Below are positions 40,330 to 53,134 of a DNA stretch of 64,000 bases, one piece after another. The stretch lies in NCBI GenBank assembly GCA_013239625.1, contig MU054323.1, positions 14,822,029-14,886,028 of the forward strand. Reading direction: 5' to 3'. Under the pieces are notes generated by a model. It had not been told where the DNA came from. It saw only the letters and a program-made list of their open reading frames with translations, and made no database searches. Position 1 is the first letter of the stretch, and every line of letters starts with the position of its first letter. The stretch comes from Lama guanicoe (Eukaryota). The position numbers and the translations under genes were made by a program.

Positions 40330-40463
40330 TTGCTATCTTGTTTGTCTATTCTAACAAAACAAAAACTTCCTGGAGGCAGGGAATTTGTCTGCTTTATGAC
40401 TAGCACCTAGAACATTGCCTGGCACACAACAGGCACCTAATAAATACAGGATGAAGGAATGAA
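40330..40463 (+). mobile_element. L2 3' terminus
   Basis: ggaggcagggaatttgtctg..agcacctagaacattgcctggcacacaacaggcacctaataaata..gaaggaatgaa. Confidence 0.8.
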
Positions 40464-41699
40464 ACAGTAAGAACACACAGCTGGAGATGACTTGGCAGTT
40501 ATCTGGTTGGACTGAAGCAGGAGACAGACAGTAAACCTTTGGAGAGTCAGAGACGTGTGTGCTGTTACCCTAAAAATCCTAGTATTGTCTGATCTCCCAG
40601 GAAACTAGTACAAAAAGCTAGTGCTCAAAGAATAGAACAAAAAGTATTATTCTTTATACAATCTTATTCAGTAACAGAAAGGATTTTTAAGATTTTTAAG
40701 TCAAAACATTCCATTACAAGCTTATATCCTCTCTCTCAGAAAGTGTTACAACATTCCTTTATAACATCACCTTGGCCTTTACAACCAGAAGTTAGCTAGT
40801 GACTAGGATAACACGCAATAAGCATATACTTCTTGAAGTTTGCATACTCTTAGCTGAAACATCCAAAACCTCCACATTTACAAACTGTTTGTTCACTTTT
40901 CTCTATTTAGTCTTTAAATTTGTATAAGAAATGACTTTTTAATCCATCTGCTTGTGTTTAAGAAAATCACTTCACAGAAAAATAATAAATCAGCCCAAAA
41001 TCCACGTTTCACCCTATAAATGTGTTTACCTGTTGCTTCAAATTTATATTTTATTTGATTATTTAATTTCTCAACATCTATCAATTTCATCTAATAAAGG
41101 CCTTTCTTTTGATGTTTTTCTGCTTTTGGTTATCTAAAATATAAAAGTGTTTTTCCTTTTCTCAACCAACACAATATCTGAACTGAACATATTTGGGGCT
41201 ATAATCTTTCAGAGAACATTAAATTATTATTCTTTCTATAATGGAATTCAATGAGTGATTCAGAAAGAGATCATCTGGTTGTATTGCTGCTGATAGATTA
41301 AGTCATAAAACGGATTTAATGTCATATAACTAAAAATAGGCATTATTTAAAGTTAAATGGCTTAATTTGAATACCAATTATGCCCCACCATTAAAGATAC
41401 TTTAAAAATTATTCCTCAATCCATCTTTGTATTATGAATCCATTTTACAAAAATTTTGGAAAATCCCTGGGGCTTGGAACAGAAGCACAGTTATCTCTCT
41501 GAGACCAGAGCCCAGGCCTGCACATCTGACATTCGTGCTAGGAAAAGGACAGGGTAGCCCTGTGGTGCCAGAACAGGGCTAACCAAGTATCGTGGGGGCT
41601 GATTTGGAGCCACCTACTCTTCTTTTCCTAATCATGATTTGTGATCATGGATGTTCAGGCTTTTGTTAACATTTAAATGATTTCACATAAACCACTGGT

Positions 41700-43100
41700 C
41701 CTTTTAACGTATTTCTCTCATTCTTGTGTGTTCTATTTTAATTCTAGCTCTTAGTTGCTTGGATATAGTTGCTGAGTTGTTATATTTTATCATTGTTTTT
41801 CAGGTTTGTTTTTCAAGGATATTTGTTCCCTAAATGATTTTGTATTTCAGAATGCCTCTCTGTAGCTTTTATGCTTGTGTGACACGTTGCGTGAGTACAT
41901 CTTCTAGCATTACACTTTGTTTTTTCAGAATTGTGTATTATCAGTTGAAGTATTGCTTCATTGTCTTTTGGCATTAGATGTTGTGGAGAAATCTGAGACT
42001 GGCCTGACTTTCTTTCCTTTTTGCAGAAAAATTACTTCCTTCCCAGAGTTCATTTTCTTCTCATCAAGCTTGGTGATGTAAATATATCTATACTAATTGT
42101 CCTGTGTCTATTACACTCACAACACACTTTTTGCTTTTGGCTAGCAGATTCCATTCAGGAAGACTTCTTCTGTTATATCTCAGTATTTTTCAATGTTCCA
42201 TTTGTTTGGTTTTGGTTTTCCACTTCTGGGATATTTATGATAGGTTATTACTGTTCCATATATGTATTATGTTATCTATAATTTTTGTGTCCTTTTCCTG
42301 TGTGTTTACCTTAATTAAAACAAGCTCTTCTTCTGCATTATTAATTAATTTTCTAATTAGCTGCATCTGGTCTGTTCTTTGACTTTTTAAATGTATTAGT
42401 TAACTTTTTAATGTTGCTGTTTTGATCCAGGGTTTTTTTCTTTTGCACTTAAAAGTTTAATTAATTTCAGCTTGTGTCTATTATTTTATGTTTGAGCACC
42501 TATGACTTAATTGAATATACTTATTCAATTCTTCTCTAATGAGCAGCTTTCTTGGGGAATTTTCTCCTGTTTCCTGGACTTTCTTCCAGCTTGGATTCTC
42601 CATCTATTTTGTTTGCATGTTAGGTTTCTTTCACCTTCCACCACCCATGGTGGTGTGTTTACATAGTTGCCAGGCTTTTCTTTTCATTTTCCTCATGTTT
42701 CAAGAGGGAGGATCTGTCAAGATCTTCCATGTGCTCTGTAGACAGTGAGTGGATTCTTTTGAACCTCATCCACAGCCAGAGACCTGGTCTCCTCTCCCCT
42801 CCCATCCGTAGTCTGTGGTCCGAGAATTTGATTTTCTATATCTTTGTTTTCCTGTAACCTCAGGACATGGGAGCAATACAGAGAGCTCAACACTGCTTAT
42901 GTGCCATCTTTCTCTGGTATTTTTCCCTCTTAAAATAGGATTATATTGTACCTAATTTTTGGTTGACTTCGCATTTTTTTCCACTTTATGTCTTGAAAAT
43001 CATTCCACATCAGTGCATCAAGTCTACCTCAGTCTTTTTTGATAATTAATTGCATAAAAAACTTAATAAAGATGTATGGACATTTAAGTTGTTTTTAAAA
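41700..43100 (-). mobile_element. Old L1M/HAL1-like antisense fragments
   Basis: T-rich; tattgcttcattgtcttttggcatt..tgttgtggagaaatctgag; ttccacatcagtgcat. Confidence 0.5.
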
Positions 43101-43944
43101 GGATTTGGTGATGTTCAAAAGCATACATGATAAAAACTGGAAAATATAGATTCAAAAATTATAGCCAGGGAAAAAACAGAATACAAATAGAGGCCTAGGA
43201 AATATATAAAAGAATTAAAAAATTAATAATGTAGTCATATCATCAGCTCAATTATCTTGTTTTTATAACATATCTGTAGGTACCCCATATTAACTGAAAT
43301 GCAGAATTTTCTGACAAAGATATTTCAGTATGTATTTATCAATGTATTATTTTCTTAGCAACCTTTTATTGATATTAATAGTGAATGAAGTACTTTAACA
43401 AATGTGAGATTATCATTTATATTTTATTTTAAATAAATAGCTTAACATTTTAAAATATGTGTTATCCTCTCCTTTAACACAAATTTACTGGTTTGCATAT
43501 TCCAGTTTTTTCCCCGATCTCATCTGTGCAGCATACATATGCAAAAATACAGGTACTCCTATCAGACTTTCCTCTCCAGATATTACTTACTGCAAATCTG
43601 CTTATTTGCCTTCAAATGCCTTAATAGTGAGTACACCCATGGATTATCTAATCTTGAGGCTAAATATAAGGCAAGTAACTCATGAGTAAAATCTTACTGA
43701 TAACCAAACAACAAATCACATACTTAAAAGCATTTGATTATAATTTGGAGCCGCACGCAGCCACATAGATGGGTCCCCTTTGTTAATGGTCTTCACAGAA
43801 TTTTGTTATAGACTTTTCCTTGTCATAAATTTCCAGCTTGTAAGCCCTAATTATCTCCATCCCTTCCTATTCACCACAAACAGATCAACCTTATTCCTCA
43901 CAAACTTGGTAAAATCTCTGGCCAGTAGTTATGGCAATTGATGG

Positions 43945-44260
43945 TGTTAAAATGCAAACTGAAGCATATTTGAGCAAAAATCATTTCTGACTGGGTAGCT
44001 GTAAACTGAGGGTGGTTAGAAGCACCACTCTCCACTCTCTTCCTTCAAGACATATAGAGAAGGAGAAGAAACAAAGAAAGGAAATTACTGATTAGCTGTA
44101 ACTTAAAGCCTAGTTAGCTTTTTGTGACTGGCTGTCCTCAGCATTTTACTTCCAAGCCTTGAGGCATTTACAGGCTCAGGTGTTGGTTTACTTACTTCGG
44201 CCACCATGGCATTAGAGCCACTCCAGTCCAATGAGCTCCTTTTTAATTGGATAATTCAAA
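43945..44260. mobile_element. ERV1-type solo LTR (MER31/MER67-like)
   Basis: tgttaaaatgcaaactgaagca..tttgagcaaaaa..ttggtttacttac..cattagagccactccagtccaatg. Confidence 0.55.
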
Positions 44261-44988
44261 TACTTCTCTGACCTGATTTTCTTTTTTCTAATTGTATTGT
44301 GGACAACATGGGCTCCATCTTTCCTTTCACCTGTGCTAACCTTTATGCAGTTAACTCTACCTCAAACGATTTTCAGAATTGCTTACAAGTGTACTTGAAA
44401 GAGTCTTCACCTTTTCCTCCGTCTTCTAACTATTACTTGATCTTCTCAGGAACATTCTTTGTCCTTGACATTTAACTGTTCTTCTCTTCCAATTTGCCTC
44501 TCTCTTTCTGTTTATTTTACTAACTGCCTCCAAACTCAACAGATACTCTTAAGGTAGTAGATAGCGCTCATGACATGCCAGACAACAGACACCATAAATT
44601 TCAAGTAAAATCCTAGGGATAAAAGAGCCTATCTATGCCACCTCTCCATGTAGTCCCTGAAAATATTCAAATTCCTCCAAATCTCTCTCTTAAACTTATG
44701 TATATCTCTTATTAATATCTTTTCCCCAAACATCACTATTTATGATAAATTCAAAATAAAACAATACTATTTGATACTATAATGTTTATTTTTAAATTTT
44801 AATTTTCTATATTGGTTTCTAAAATTTCAAGTGCATAGTCATTTAACTATATTAGAAATATACGTATGTAAGTATGAACCAACTTATTGACTGATTTTAA
44901 AACAAGAAATTATAGGCTACAAATAACTTGTACTCTAAAAATGTATTTGTGCAGTGCAGATTTCACATATGAGTATCTCTCTGTTAAG

Positions 44989-45600
44989 ATTTAAAGTAAA
45001 AGGCATCATTCTCATTCCAAGTGACTGTATCACAGAGATGTGAAAAGAGCCCAGTACAGGCGAAAGCAAGTCAGAAGCAGAGACAAAGGTAGACCTGAAT
45101 GAGAAGTGTGGTAGCACTGAATTTAGCAACACTTAACAGGGACACAGACGCCTGCAATGAATTACAGACAGGTGAGGGGCATACATTTTAAAGGACAACA
45201 CTCATAACCAAAGTTCCGTGACACTATGGTCAGGAATGTAAAGAGAGTTTCATATGTGGTTCTGTGGTGAAAGAATCAGAGATGGTCAGAGCTAGATTAG
45301 GTGTCCAAAGAGAGAAGCAGCAAGATTCAAGAAATCTGGAGGTAGTCGAAGTTAGGAACAGGTACCAGCAACCACATAAAGGTCAATATCTACATACATT
45401 TTTTGTCAGAGAAGGCACTGGTATCAAAGCAGAAACAATGCATAGAGGCTCTAATCCCTGGATAGGAGTTACTTATTTTGGGCTTACCCAGTTCTGCGGG
45501 AAAACAACTGATGTGTTAACTCTCCGATCACCGGCCATTTCTCCTCTAAATACCTTTCCTCTCTCCACAACTGTATGTTCAACCTATCTTGCATTCTAAG
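44989..45600 (+). pseudogene. Long decayed collagen exon (~612 nt)
   Basis: RDKGRPE. At 45220-45264 the first codons GAC,GTC,GTA,GTT,GTG are each one change from GGN. ORF 45264 GVQREK..GTGIKAETMHRGSN. Donor AAG|gtattg at 45601. Confidence 0.85.
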
Positions 45601-45895
45601 GTATTGATTATCACATATTAATTAACGTATGTTAATGGATCATTAATCATATATATCTTAATTGATTTATCCACAAGGTAGACACTTTTAACCAACTTTA
45701 AAGCCAGTAATATTTCTCCTTCATTTAAGCACTCAGCTTTCTGGATCTCTGTCTCTTCCAAGCTAATGAGAAGAGCTTTCAGTTAACTGACTTTTGCTGC
45801 AGTTCAGATTTTCATTTCCATTAAGTCTCAAGAATCTCTTTTCCCTACACAACAAAAAGAATTTCATTCTCATCACTGTGTCTGATTTTTTAAAT

Positions 45896-46110
45896 CATGT
45901 GGCGGAAAAAAGAATAAGCTTTGGAGTTAAACCATCTTTGTTCAAATCTCACGTCTGCCATTTAGTTAATGTGTGACTTTGTTTAACACTTCACCTATGT
46001 AAGACCCTCCTCCACCCTCACTTGTAAAGCAGAATTAAAACTAACCATATTTTAGGAATTTTGTAAAAATTAAACAGGTAATTAATACATATTAATCATT
46101 TAGCCAGAAC
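45896..46110 (+). mobile_element. MIR SINE
   Basis: gtggcggaaaaaagaataagctttggagtta..gttcaaatctca..tctgccattta..tgtgtgacttt. Confidence 0.7.
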
Positions 46111-46259
46111 TAAAGATACCCTAGATTTTGATCAACTCTTTTCATTTCAACATTTCAATAAGCCAAAGAATTTGAAATATTCCTTTAAGTTTTTGACAAT
46201 GGAATCTAACCCGCAAATTTCAAGCAAAATTTTTTTCTGACAATTTTTGTGTATTTTAG

Positions 46260-46418
46260 CTCCTATGGATGGAGAATGTGATTTACATCTGCTTGAAGTC
46301 TTAAAATGTGGCACAAAGAGGAAACTAACGATGACATTAGTTATGGTGTAACAGGACTGAGAGAGTTAGGTTTGAGAAATTAACACCATGCAAAATGGGG
46401 AAAATTTTACCATACCAA
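46260..46418 (+). pseudogene. Decayed collagen exon (159 nt)
   Basis: tattttag acceptor; GECDLH, AQRGN, GVTGLR, CKMGKI; donor gtaaga at 46419. Confidence 0.75.
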
Positions 46419-46927
46419 GTAAGAAAGCAAAATTTTAGAGACCAACAGCTTATCACATAGCACTATATCTGACATTAGTTTTATCTCAACAAATAGTGAG
46501 ATGAATTCTCAGAATATTTGTTCCCAGAGAATATACCAAATTGACCTTTGTGAAAAGGTAAACTCCAAGCAAATGTTTTTGAAATACGGGTAGAATTTCC
46601 TTTTGGTTAATAGAAATCTCAGAATTCATTAACAATCTTTGATTTCAAAAAAAAATGGAAATTTTAAAGCACATCACAAACATGGACTCAGCAAATACTA
46701 ACTTTAGTATATTGACTTACCTAGTTTAGAAAGTAACAGAAGTTTTAATTTTAAAAAAGTGCACGCATGCGTGTGTGTGTGTGTGTACTTCTGACACTTA
46801 GAGATATAACATTATGTGTTCCTGTAATCAAAATATACTTTTACATTCTTTGTCTATCCCCGAGAGATAGGTATAGGTCATAAAGAAAGTGTATTTGAAT
46901 AAAAGATCACAGATTTTTGGCATAGTT

Positions 46928-47174
46928 GAATATAGGCAAATGTGTAAACGCCCACTTTAACCTCATACCCATCTTGTTTATCTCACTTTTGTGTTTCCTG
47001 TTCAATGTAAGAATTTCTGAAATGTTAGCTACCTTGATTGTGGTAGTGGTTTCATAGGTGTATATATCTATAAAATCCATCAAATTGTACATTTGAAATA
47101 TGTATAGTTTAATGTATAGGAATCACACCACAATAAAGATGTTTAATAATAAAAAAGAATATAGGCAAATGTGT
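46928..47174 (+). mobile_element. 211-bp retro-insertion flanked by a perfect 18-bp TSD; its 3' part is an L1M 3' end
   Basis: gaatataggcaaatgtgt at 46928-46945 and 47157-47174; AATAAA and an A-rich tail precede the second copy. Confidence 0.8.
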
Positions 47175-47449
47175 TTCCTCTTTAATGGTGTCCATAAGAA
47201 ATGGCCAACATCCCACAGAAAGTAAATGTGCTTCAATTATGAAGAAAGCTTAGTTTATCACTAAAAAGAGCTTAGTTGATTGAAATGGATCCATTTGTCA
47301 TTCAGAATATAATTTCTCTCTTCTAAATTGATAGCAAGTGACAAAATGATATGGTTAGTGAAATACGTCTGAGTTAAGACATAACGCACATTGTACATTT
47401 TGTATTATGCAATGTCTCCCTCTCTCCTGCACACTTGCTCACTGAGCTA

Positions 47450-47670
47450 CAGGGCGGCATGGCAATAACTACAAATCTCTATAGTCTACATGTCTGAGTT
47501 TAAATCCGTGGTCCACTACTTACTAGCTATGTAACTTAGGTCAAGTTTTTTCATCTCTCTTTGCCTAACGTAAAGCAATGATAATACCCACCTCATAAGG
47601 ATGGGGTGATAACTACAGTGCCTAGAACAGCAATGGCATAATAGCCACACACTAATGGCCACTGATAGTA
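47450..47670 (+). mobile_element. MIR SINE
   Basis: tgagtttaaatcc..ccactacttactagctatgtaacttaggtcaagtt..gataataccca cctcata. Confidence 0.75.
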
Positions 47671-48849
47671 TATGCTAAATTAAATGTAATATAATAAGCT
47701 CCTTTAAATTACTACTATATTTAAAACTATCTAAATTCTCCCTGGCATGTAGTTGTTACCTCTTTCCAGAGAACTTGTTCTGACTTCTCTGACGCAAAAC
47801 AGTTTTCTTCCCGAGTTCCTTATAACATAAATAGATAGGCTATACCAAATAACGTGATTTTAGTATTCTGTGTTTAAGAACTAAATATTTTCATTTTTAG
47901 GAAAGGGACTATGACAACTGTTGAGAACTGTAATATTTATCTGTTTCTCTAATCCTAATCAACTTTTTAACTCAAATTTCTAATTGCTTTTCTTTTAAAA
48001 AAAAAAATTTTCCCCCAAAATATGGTTGGTCAGTTCTTACTCCACTTTTCAATTCTTGCCAATAGTTTTATCACTTTTTGAATTTTAATTAGAGTCAGAT
48101 TGTTCCAAAGATTGCAGGTAAACTTTCTGTGCCCTTTCCTGATTCCTCATTAGAAAAATAATAATAAGCATCATCCTTTTCTCCATGGTAAGATAAATTT
48201 CCCATGATTATTTTCTTTTCTCGCACTGCTCTTTATAATACTCTCATACGTATTCATTCTAAGGGGATATTAGTTTTCAAGGGGGAGAAAATATAAGCAC
48301 AATTAATATAAAAATTGGAATAACTCATTTGGGTTCCACAGAGGGAAGTGACGGTAAGTTAATTTTACCACACTTAGCATAATGTCTAAGCGGTGATTGG
48401 CTAAATGCAAGTTGTGAAACGATTTTTCTGACTTTGACTATAATATAAGCTCATTACAGAAAAGATTGGAAAACTAAGAAAAATGTAAAGAATAAAACAC
48501 AGCTTGTTCATTTTCCTTCTGTGTAAAGATAGTAACAATTAATAACTTTCAATAGTACATTCCACATTATCAAGATAGGTAACTAGATTCTGTACATACA
48601 TTGCAGAACCTTGCTTTTTTCCATAATTAGATCTAGTAATTATATTTGCCTTTGTCAATACAGTTTCTTCTAATATATGACTCTATGTTTAAATAGTATT
48701 TGTCTGTAAGGTAAGCATACACTTTGTTTTTCTCATGTTAAGAATATATGTTCTTATTTCAATCACTTGTCCTAATAAATAATTCTTGCTATATAAATAA
48801 TTTCTACATCTATGTGCCATTTATTTGACTACTATCTCTCAGGCTCACA

Positions 48850-49335
48850 CATGTTGTCCTGGATTGCTAAGTGTGGGGTCTGAGACTATGTTTGCCAGGA
48901 TCTTTTGACTGATGACTTCCTTTTAGATTCTGCCAATAGAAAAGGCCAATGGGAAATCTTAAGAGAAAGGAAAAGGGAAAGTTCACAATTCTATCCCCAA
49001 CACTGTGGCAGTTGCTAGCTATTGCTAAAAGCTGTTCTAGTGGTAAAGGGAGTAATGAGTCTTTGGTGGCTACGACCTTGGACAAAGAAGCATCTCTTTA
49101 GCAATCGTAGACCCAACTGTGATGATACCTCCAACAGTACAGCAGCTGATGTGGACTAGTATCCAGGGACTTACTTGGACTCCTGTTTCTAGATTTCATC
49201 CCTTCTTTCTTTTGCTCATTCAACCCCTCGTTCTCCTTTTTGGACTTCATTCTAACACTTTTCCAACTAACACACTATATTAAATTCTCTCTGTTTCAAA
49301 TATATTACTTTCCCTTTTCTTGACTCCAATAAAAA
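48850..49335 (+). mobile_element. LTR33-like (ERVL) solo LTR
   Basis: ttagattctgccaatagaaaagg..tattaaattctctctgtttcaaata. Confidence 0.6.
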
Positions 49336-49619
49336 TCTATTTCCTTAGGAAAGACTCATGGATGTGAAATTCATAATTCAAAGTGTATAAAATTTAATCT
49401 GTTTCGAGGTTAGTAACTTCTAAAATTTTTAAAATTCTAGGTCTAACAGTATACAATATAAAACATGAATATTCATGCTAGGAAATTAATATAAAGAAAC
49501 AAAGACACACAGATGGCAAACAAATGTTTTTTTTTCTTTCAGTCTTCACTACACAGCATTATGCTTAGCAAAAAGTAACTTCTCTTAAGGAATTTTTTAA
49601 ATGAACAAATGCATAGATG

Positions 49620-52600
49620 TATGCATGCCCTAAGGTCTCGTAAAGAGCAACTTTCAAAGACGAGTCTGTTGGTCCTGGAAAGCACTTTACAAAACTATCT
49701 AGCCTACCTCCCATCATTTAATATACAAGAAAAGTACTGACAAGAGATGAAATGATCCCCCACAATTCCAAAGAAAATTTGTTTATAAATAGTTTGCCAT
49801 AATTGCCATATACTTTGAAAGAGTATGTTGATATTACTGTGGTTTGATCTTCTATATTCAAAAGATAGGCTTAGGAAAGAAAATGACCTTTATTTTGCAT
49901 AATGCAAGATCATCCAACACTGGCTTCTGAGAATAAAGCTTCTAAATTAAAAATTCATAGAACATACAATTGTGAGGGAAAAAAAGTAAAGTTGAAGGAG
50001 TAGACTCTAAACAAATATTATGTAAGTATAGGGAATTTATTATGTCATAAAAGCTATATCTTATAAATGTATAACAGCCCACCTAAAGTGTACTATATGT
50101 GGTCGAAGAGTTTATAAGAGCATTTAAATAATCAGTGTTTATTAAACAACTCAATGCTACCTGCAATGAAGAAAGGAAATACACATCATAAAAGATGACA
50201 AAGAGACCTAGTACAAAAGAAACTATTTAACTAAATGATAAAGACAATTTAGTATGTAATTTAGTATAGTAAGTATTCCCTGATGATCAGCAGCATATTT
50301 TGAAAACATAGTGAAAGAATATCATTGTCTCTCTGGAGCAACAAAAATCATGAGAAACTGCCATTAACTGCAAATTTCTGGATAACAAATATTTTGGGGT
50401 ACAAATACATAAAATATTTTATCTCATATTATATAATTAGACAACTTGATTCCCTCAGTACCAGGATTCTCTTTACTCATAGACTGAAGCTGAAAGGAAG
50501 GTAAACTAGTTTAATTTTTGAATTTGTGAATATTTACTATTGTTCTATGCAAGTAACTATGCTGTTAGAGAAAGAAAAACTACCAAGCCTCACTATTTGT
50601 AAGCATAGGTAAGGATTTACATGAAAGAAAAACAACAAAATTACGGTGAAAAAGGCATCAAACCATGAAATCTTTCACTGGGCTTTATGGTAATAAATAC
50701 ACAATTCCTGTAATCAACTACAATTTGCAGAAAAAGTCGCTTTCTAACAAGCCAACCTAGCATACCTGGATTTGCTTATAGGAGAGAAATAAGAAATAAA
50801 ACCTACCTAGCTGCTCTGTTGTTCTGTGCAGATGCCTAGGTTCCCGTAACTATTCTACAAGGTAACAACAGCTAGTATAATCTAAGAGGAGTCTGAAATA
50901 AGTTCTTCTCAAACTTTAGTGTGCTTAACAAGTTACCTATGATGCTCCATATCAGAGCCTCAGCAATAGGAGTTCTGATTTAGCAATTCAGGAAAAGGGT
51001 ACAGAAATCTGCATTTACAAGCAAGGAAATTTCCATTTCAATTAGACAGGGGATGGAGAAGGCTTTTCAAAGAAATTGTGTATAACATTTAATTTTATCA
51101 GATCTCCAAGTCTTCCTATCTTCATTGCTTTTCTCAGTATTAGAATGTCAAGGATTGTCTTTGAGGGCTCCATACTACCTAAGCATTTACTTACATTAAC
51201 TGCAAAGGATAATGCAAGCTTTATTCTGCTTCTGTTCTTATCAACAGAGACTCCAATTGCAAGTCTAAAAGAAGTGTCAGAAGGAAAAACAGTTTCCTTC
51301 AATTCCTCATGATACATAAGCAGCAGTATCCTCTCATGAGAAAAAGTATTGGACCTAAGCAAGCAGACCAGAGGCACTAGTTGAGTACTCCACAGTGGTT
51401 AAAGGAGAATTTCCATGAGCAAGACAATACCATGGCTCAGCTGCTAGGTGTAAGAGAAGAAACTGATGTACATAAAATGTGCGTTGAGAGTATATGTTAG
51501 TATACGAGAAACTGACAGAATAACGTCAAAAGTTGATGCAACAGACCTGTCTGGAATGTCCTCCTACTACTAAGATATATGCTCCACAGCTAACAGGATT
51601 TTTATAACCTTTTTATAGGATTGAAAACTTCCCACCACCTTCTGAAGGCTGTGCAACTAGTCACAAGAGAGCTTGGTAAGAAGAAAAGAAATATATCCTA
51701 ATCTCATTGGATAAAGAAAGCTCTAGCATTTATAAGCCATTAAGCCTTCATCACAGCCCTGCCTGAAGGGGATAATAGAACTATTTCCAGTCAACAGTGC
51801 TTTTATAGCATCTCTTCAATTTTGGAGTCATAAGCAGTTCAAGTTATTTTTTCTTAGTATCTCTTTTATGCTATCATGATGTTGTCATCATGCAAATTGG
51901 GAATTAGGTGCCAGGGTATGAAAATGCTATACATGTGCAAGTTAAAATGTTGCCTTATAGCAGAAAGGAAAAACATTTTTCCTAAGTGTGCTGACAAATG
52001 AACATTTCACAGAAGACATCTCTCAGAAGTCATTTGCTTTTAAGCTTAATATATGAAGAAAACAGATCATGTGCTAAGAAGAGAATTGCAATGATGAAAA
52101 GAGTGAAAAAACAAAAACCTAGTCCTTATTTTTAGTCCAATTCATAGGTCACAGCATATTCTTCAAGTCCTCTTCCCATGTCCAGAAGGAAGGAAGACAA
52201 ACTAAAATGTTTTGCCTTGAAATGTTTCAGTATTATTGTCCAGTAAGACACTCTTTCTTCAGTCAATTATAGAAAGTCATTTGATAACTCAACTTCTGAA
52301 TAGTATTCAAGACTTTGCAGAATATAAATATATGTAGACATCAAACTGAGTTTGCAGGGGTGTGCTAATGAGTTAGCACATTCTGAAGTGTCTCAGTAAT
52401 CGTTCCATCTATATGATTTCAATTTATTTAAACTCATATCCAGTAACTTTTGTTTATCTAGATGTACTAGAATTAGTGCTAATTCTAGAAAATTTTCTGT
52501 AAACTTTCTACAACTAAAAACCAGACTTGGCTACTTTTGTAACCCATATTTAATCTTTGTTTTGGAGAAAATGGAATTGCTTCAGCGTAATTCGGTCCCT

Positions 52601-52630
52601 CCATCATCATCACTGAGGAAGGCCTGTAGT
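49620..52630 (+). pseudogene. Long decayed collagen segments interrupted by MIR and MER5
   Basis: CPK VS*..TFK DES VGP G; CLSGAT; GEKGIK (~50645); SQPSIPGFA (~50750); ORF 51076 in triplet register; VVKGEF; WELGAR; GENGIA (~52564). Confidence 0.8.
50900..51020. mobile_element. MER5-like hAT fragment
   Basis: ttctcaaactttagtgtgc..ttctgatttagca..gaaatctgcattt acaagc. Confidence 0.65.
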
Positions 52631-53134
52631 AACACTTTGTAGTAAAATCTGTGTAAATCCTTGTCCGTGCTCCATATCTACTTTATCACACCTATATCCA
52701 TTCTTTTCTGACACTACACATTAAGTGAAAACTTCCTTCGTTCATCCATTTATTAAAACAAATATTTACTGAGAATCAACTTTCCTCTGGGCATTACATT
52801 TAAAAATAGGGAAATAAAATGTTGCTTCAAGGTTCTATCTCCCTTTCAGACTGTCCCACCACCTTAGGAAATCACACAAAATACAGAGAGAACTAATCTC
52901 TGTGTGCTCTGACCACAATTTCTTCAATGCAGTAATTTTAACAGCTGAGTAAAATCAGTGAAGTAACGTAGATAGATCACTACACAATTTATTATCTGAC
53001 TTTAGGAGAGTAAGTAGGAGCAGAACTGGCTTTATAAAACGTCAGAAATTTTCAAATAAACATATTTACAGCAACAAAATAGGGCTGTTTCCCAACTATT
53101 CACTTACAACTATAGCTTACTTTTTTTCCTGTAG

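Larger units (their letters stand above)
39888..41620 (+). pseudogene. Decayed collagen exons; 39888-40643 is split by MER20 and an L2 tail
   Basis: ctgctag acceptor; QQLLPSVK, GLQ, PGK. After the repeats EAGDR, *SPRKLVQK..EQK|gtatta. ~41242 GIQ*VI; ~41458 GKSLGLGTE, QGSPVVPEQ. Confidence 0.75.

Noticed and set aside
45264..45599. 111-aa ORF, and similar 60-120-aa ORFs, as functional genes
   Set aside because: These are surviving stretches of the decayed collagen frame, its antisense shadow, or repeat-derived frames. Most Gly codons are mutated and neighbouring sequence has stops and frameshifts.
51195..51264. Minus-strand exon candidates with good ag/gtaagt signals (also 21765-21852 and 57900-57968)
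   Set aside because: They do not chain into a recognisable protein and lie antisense within collagen remnants. Such signals are common in AT-rich DNA.
52361..52380. Hairpin tgtgctaa-tgag-ttagcaca / ARE-like motif
   Set aside because: A single 8-bp stem with no supporting context.
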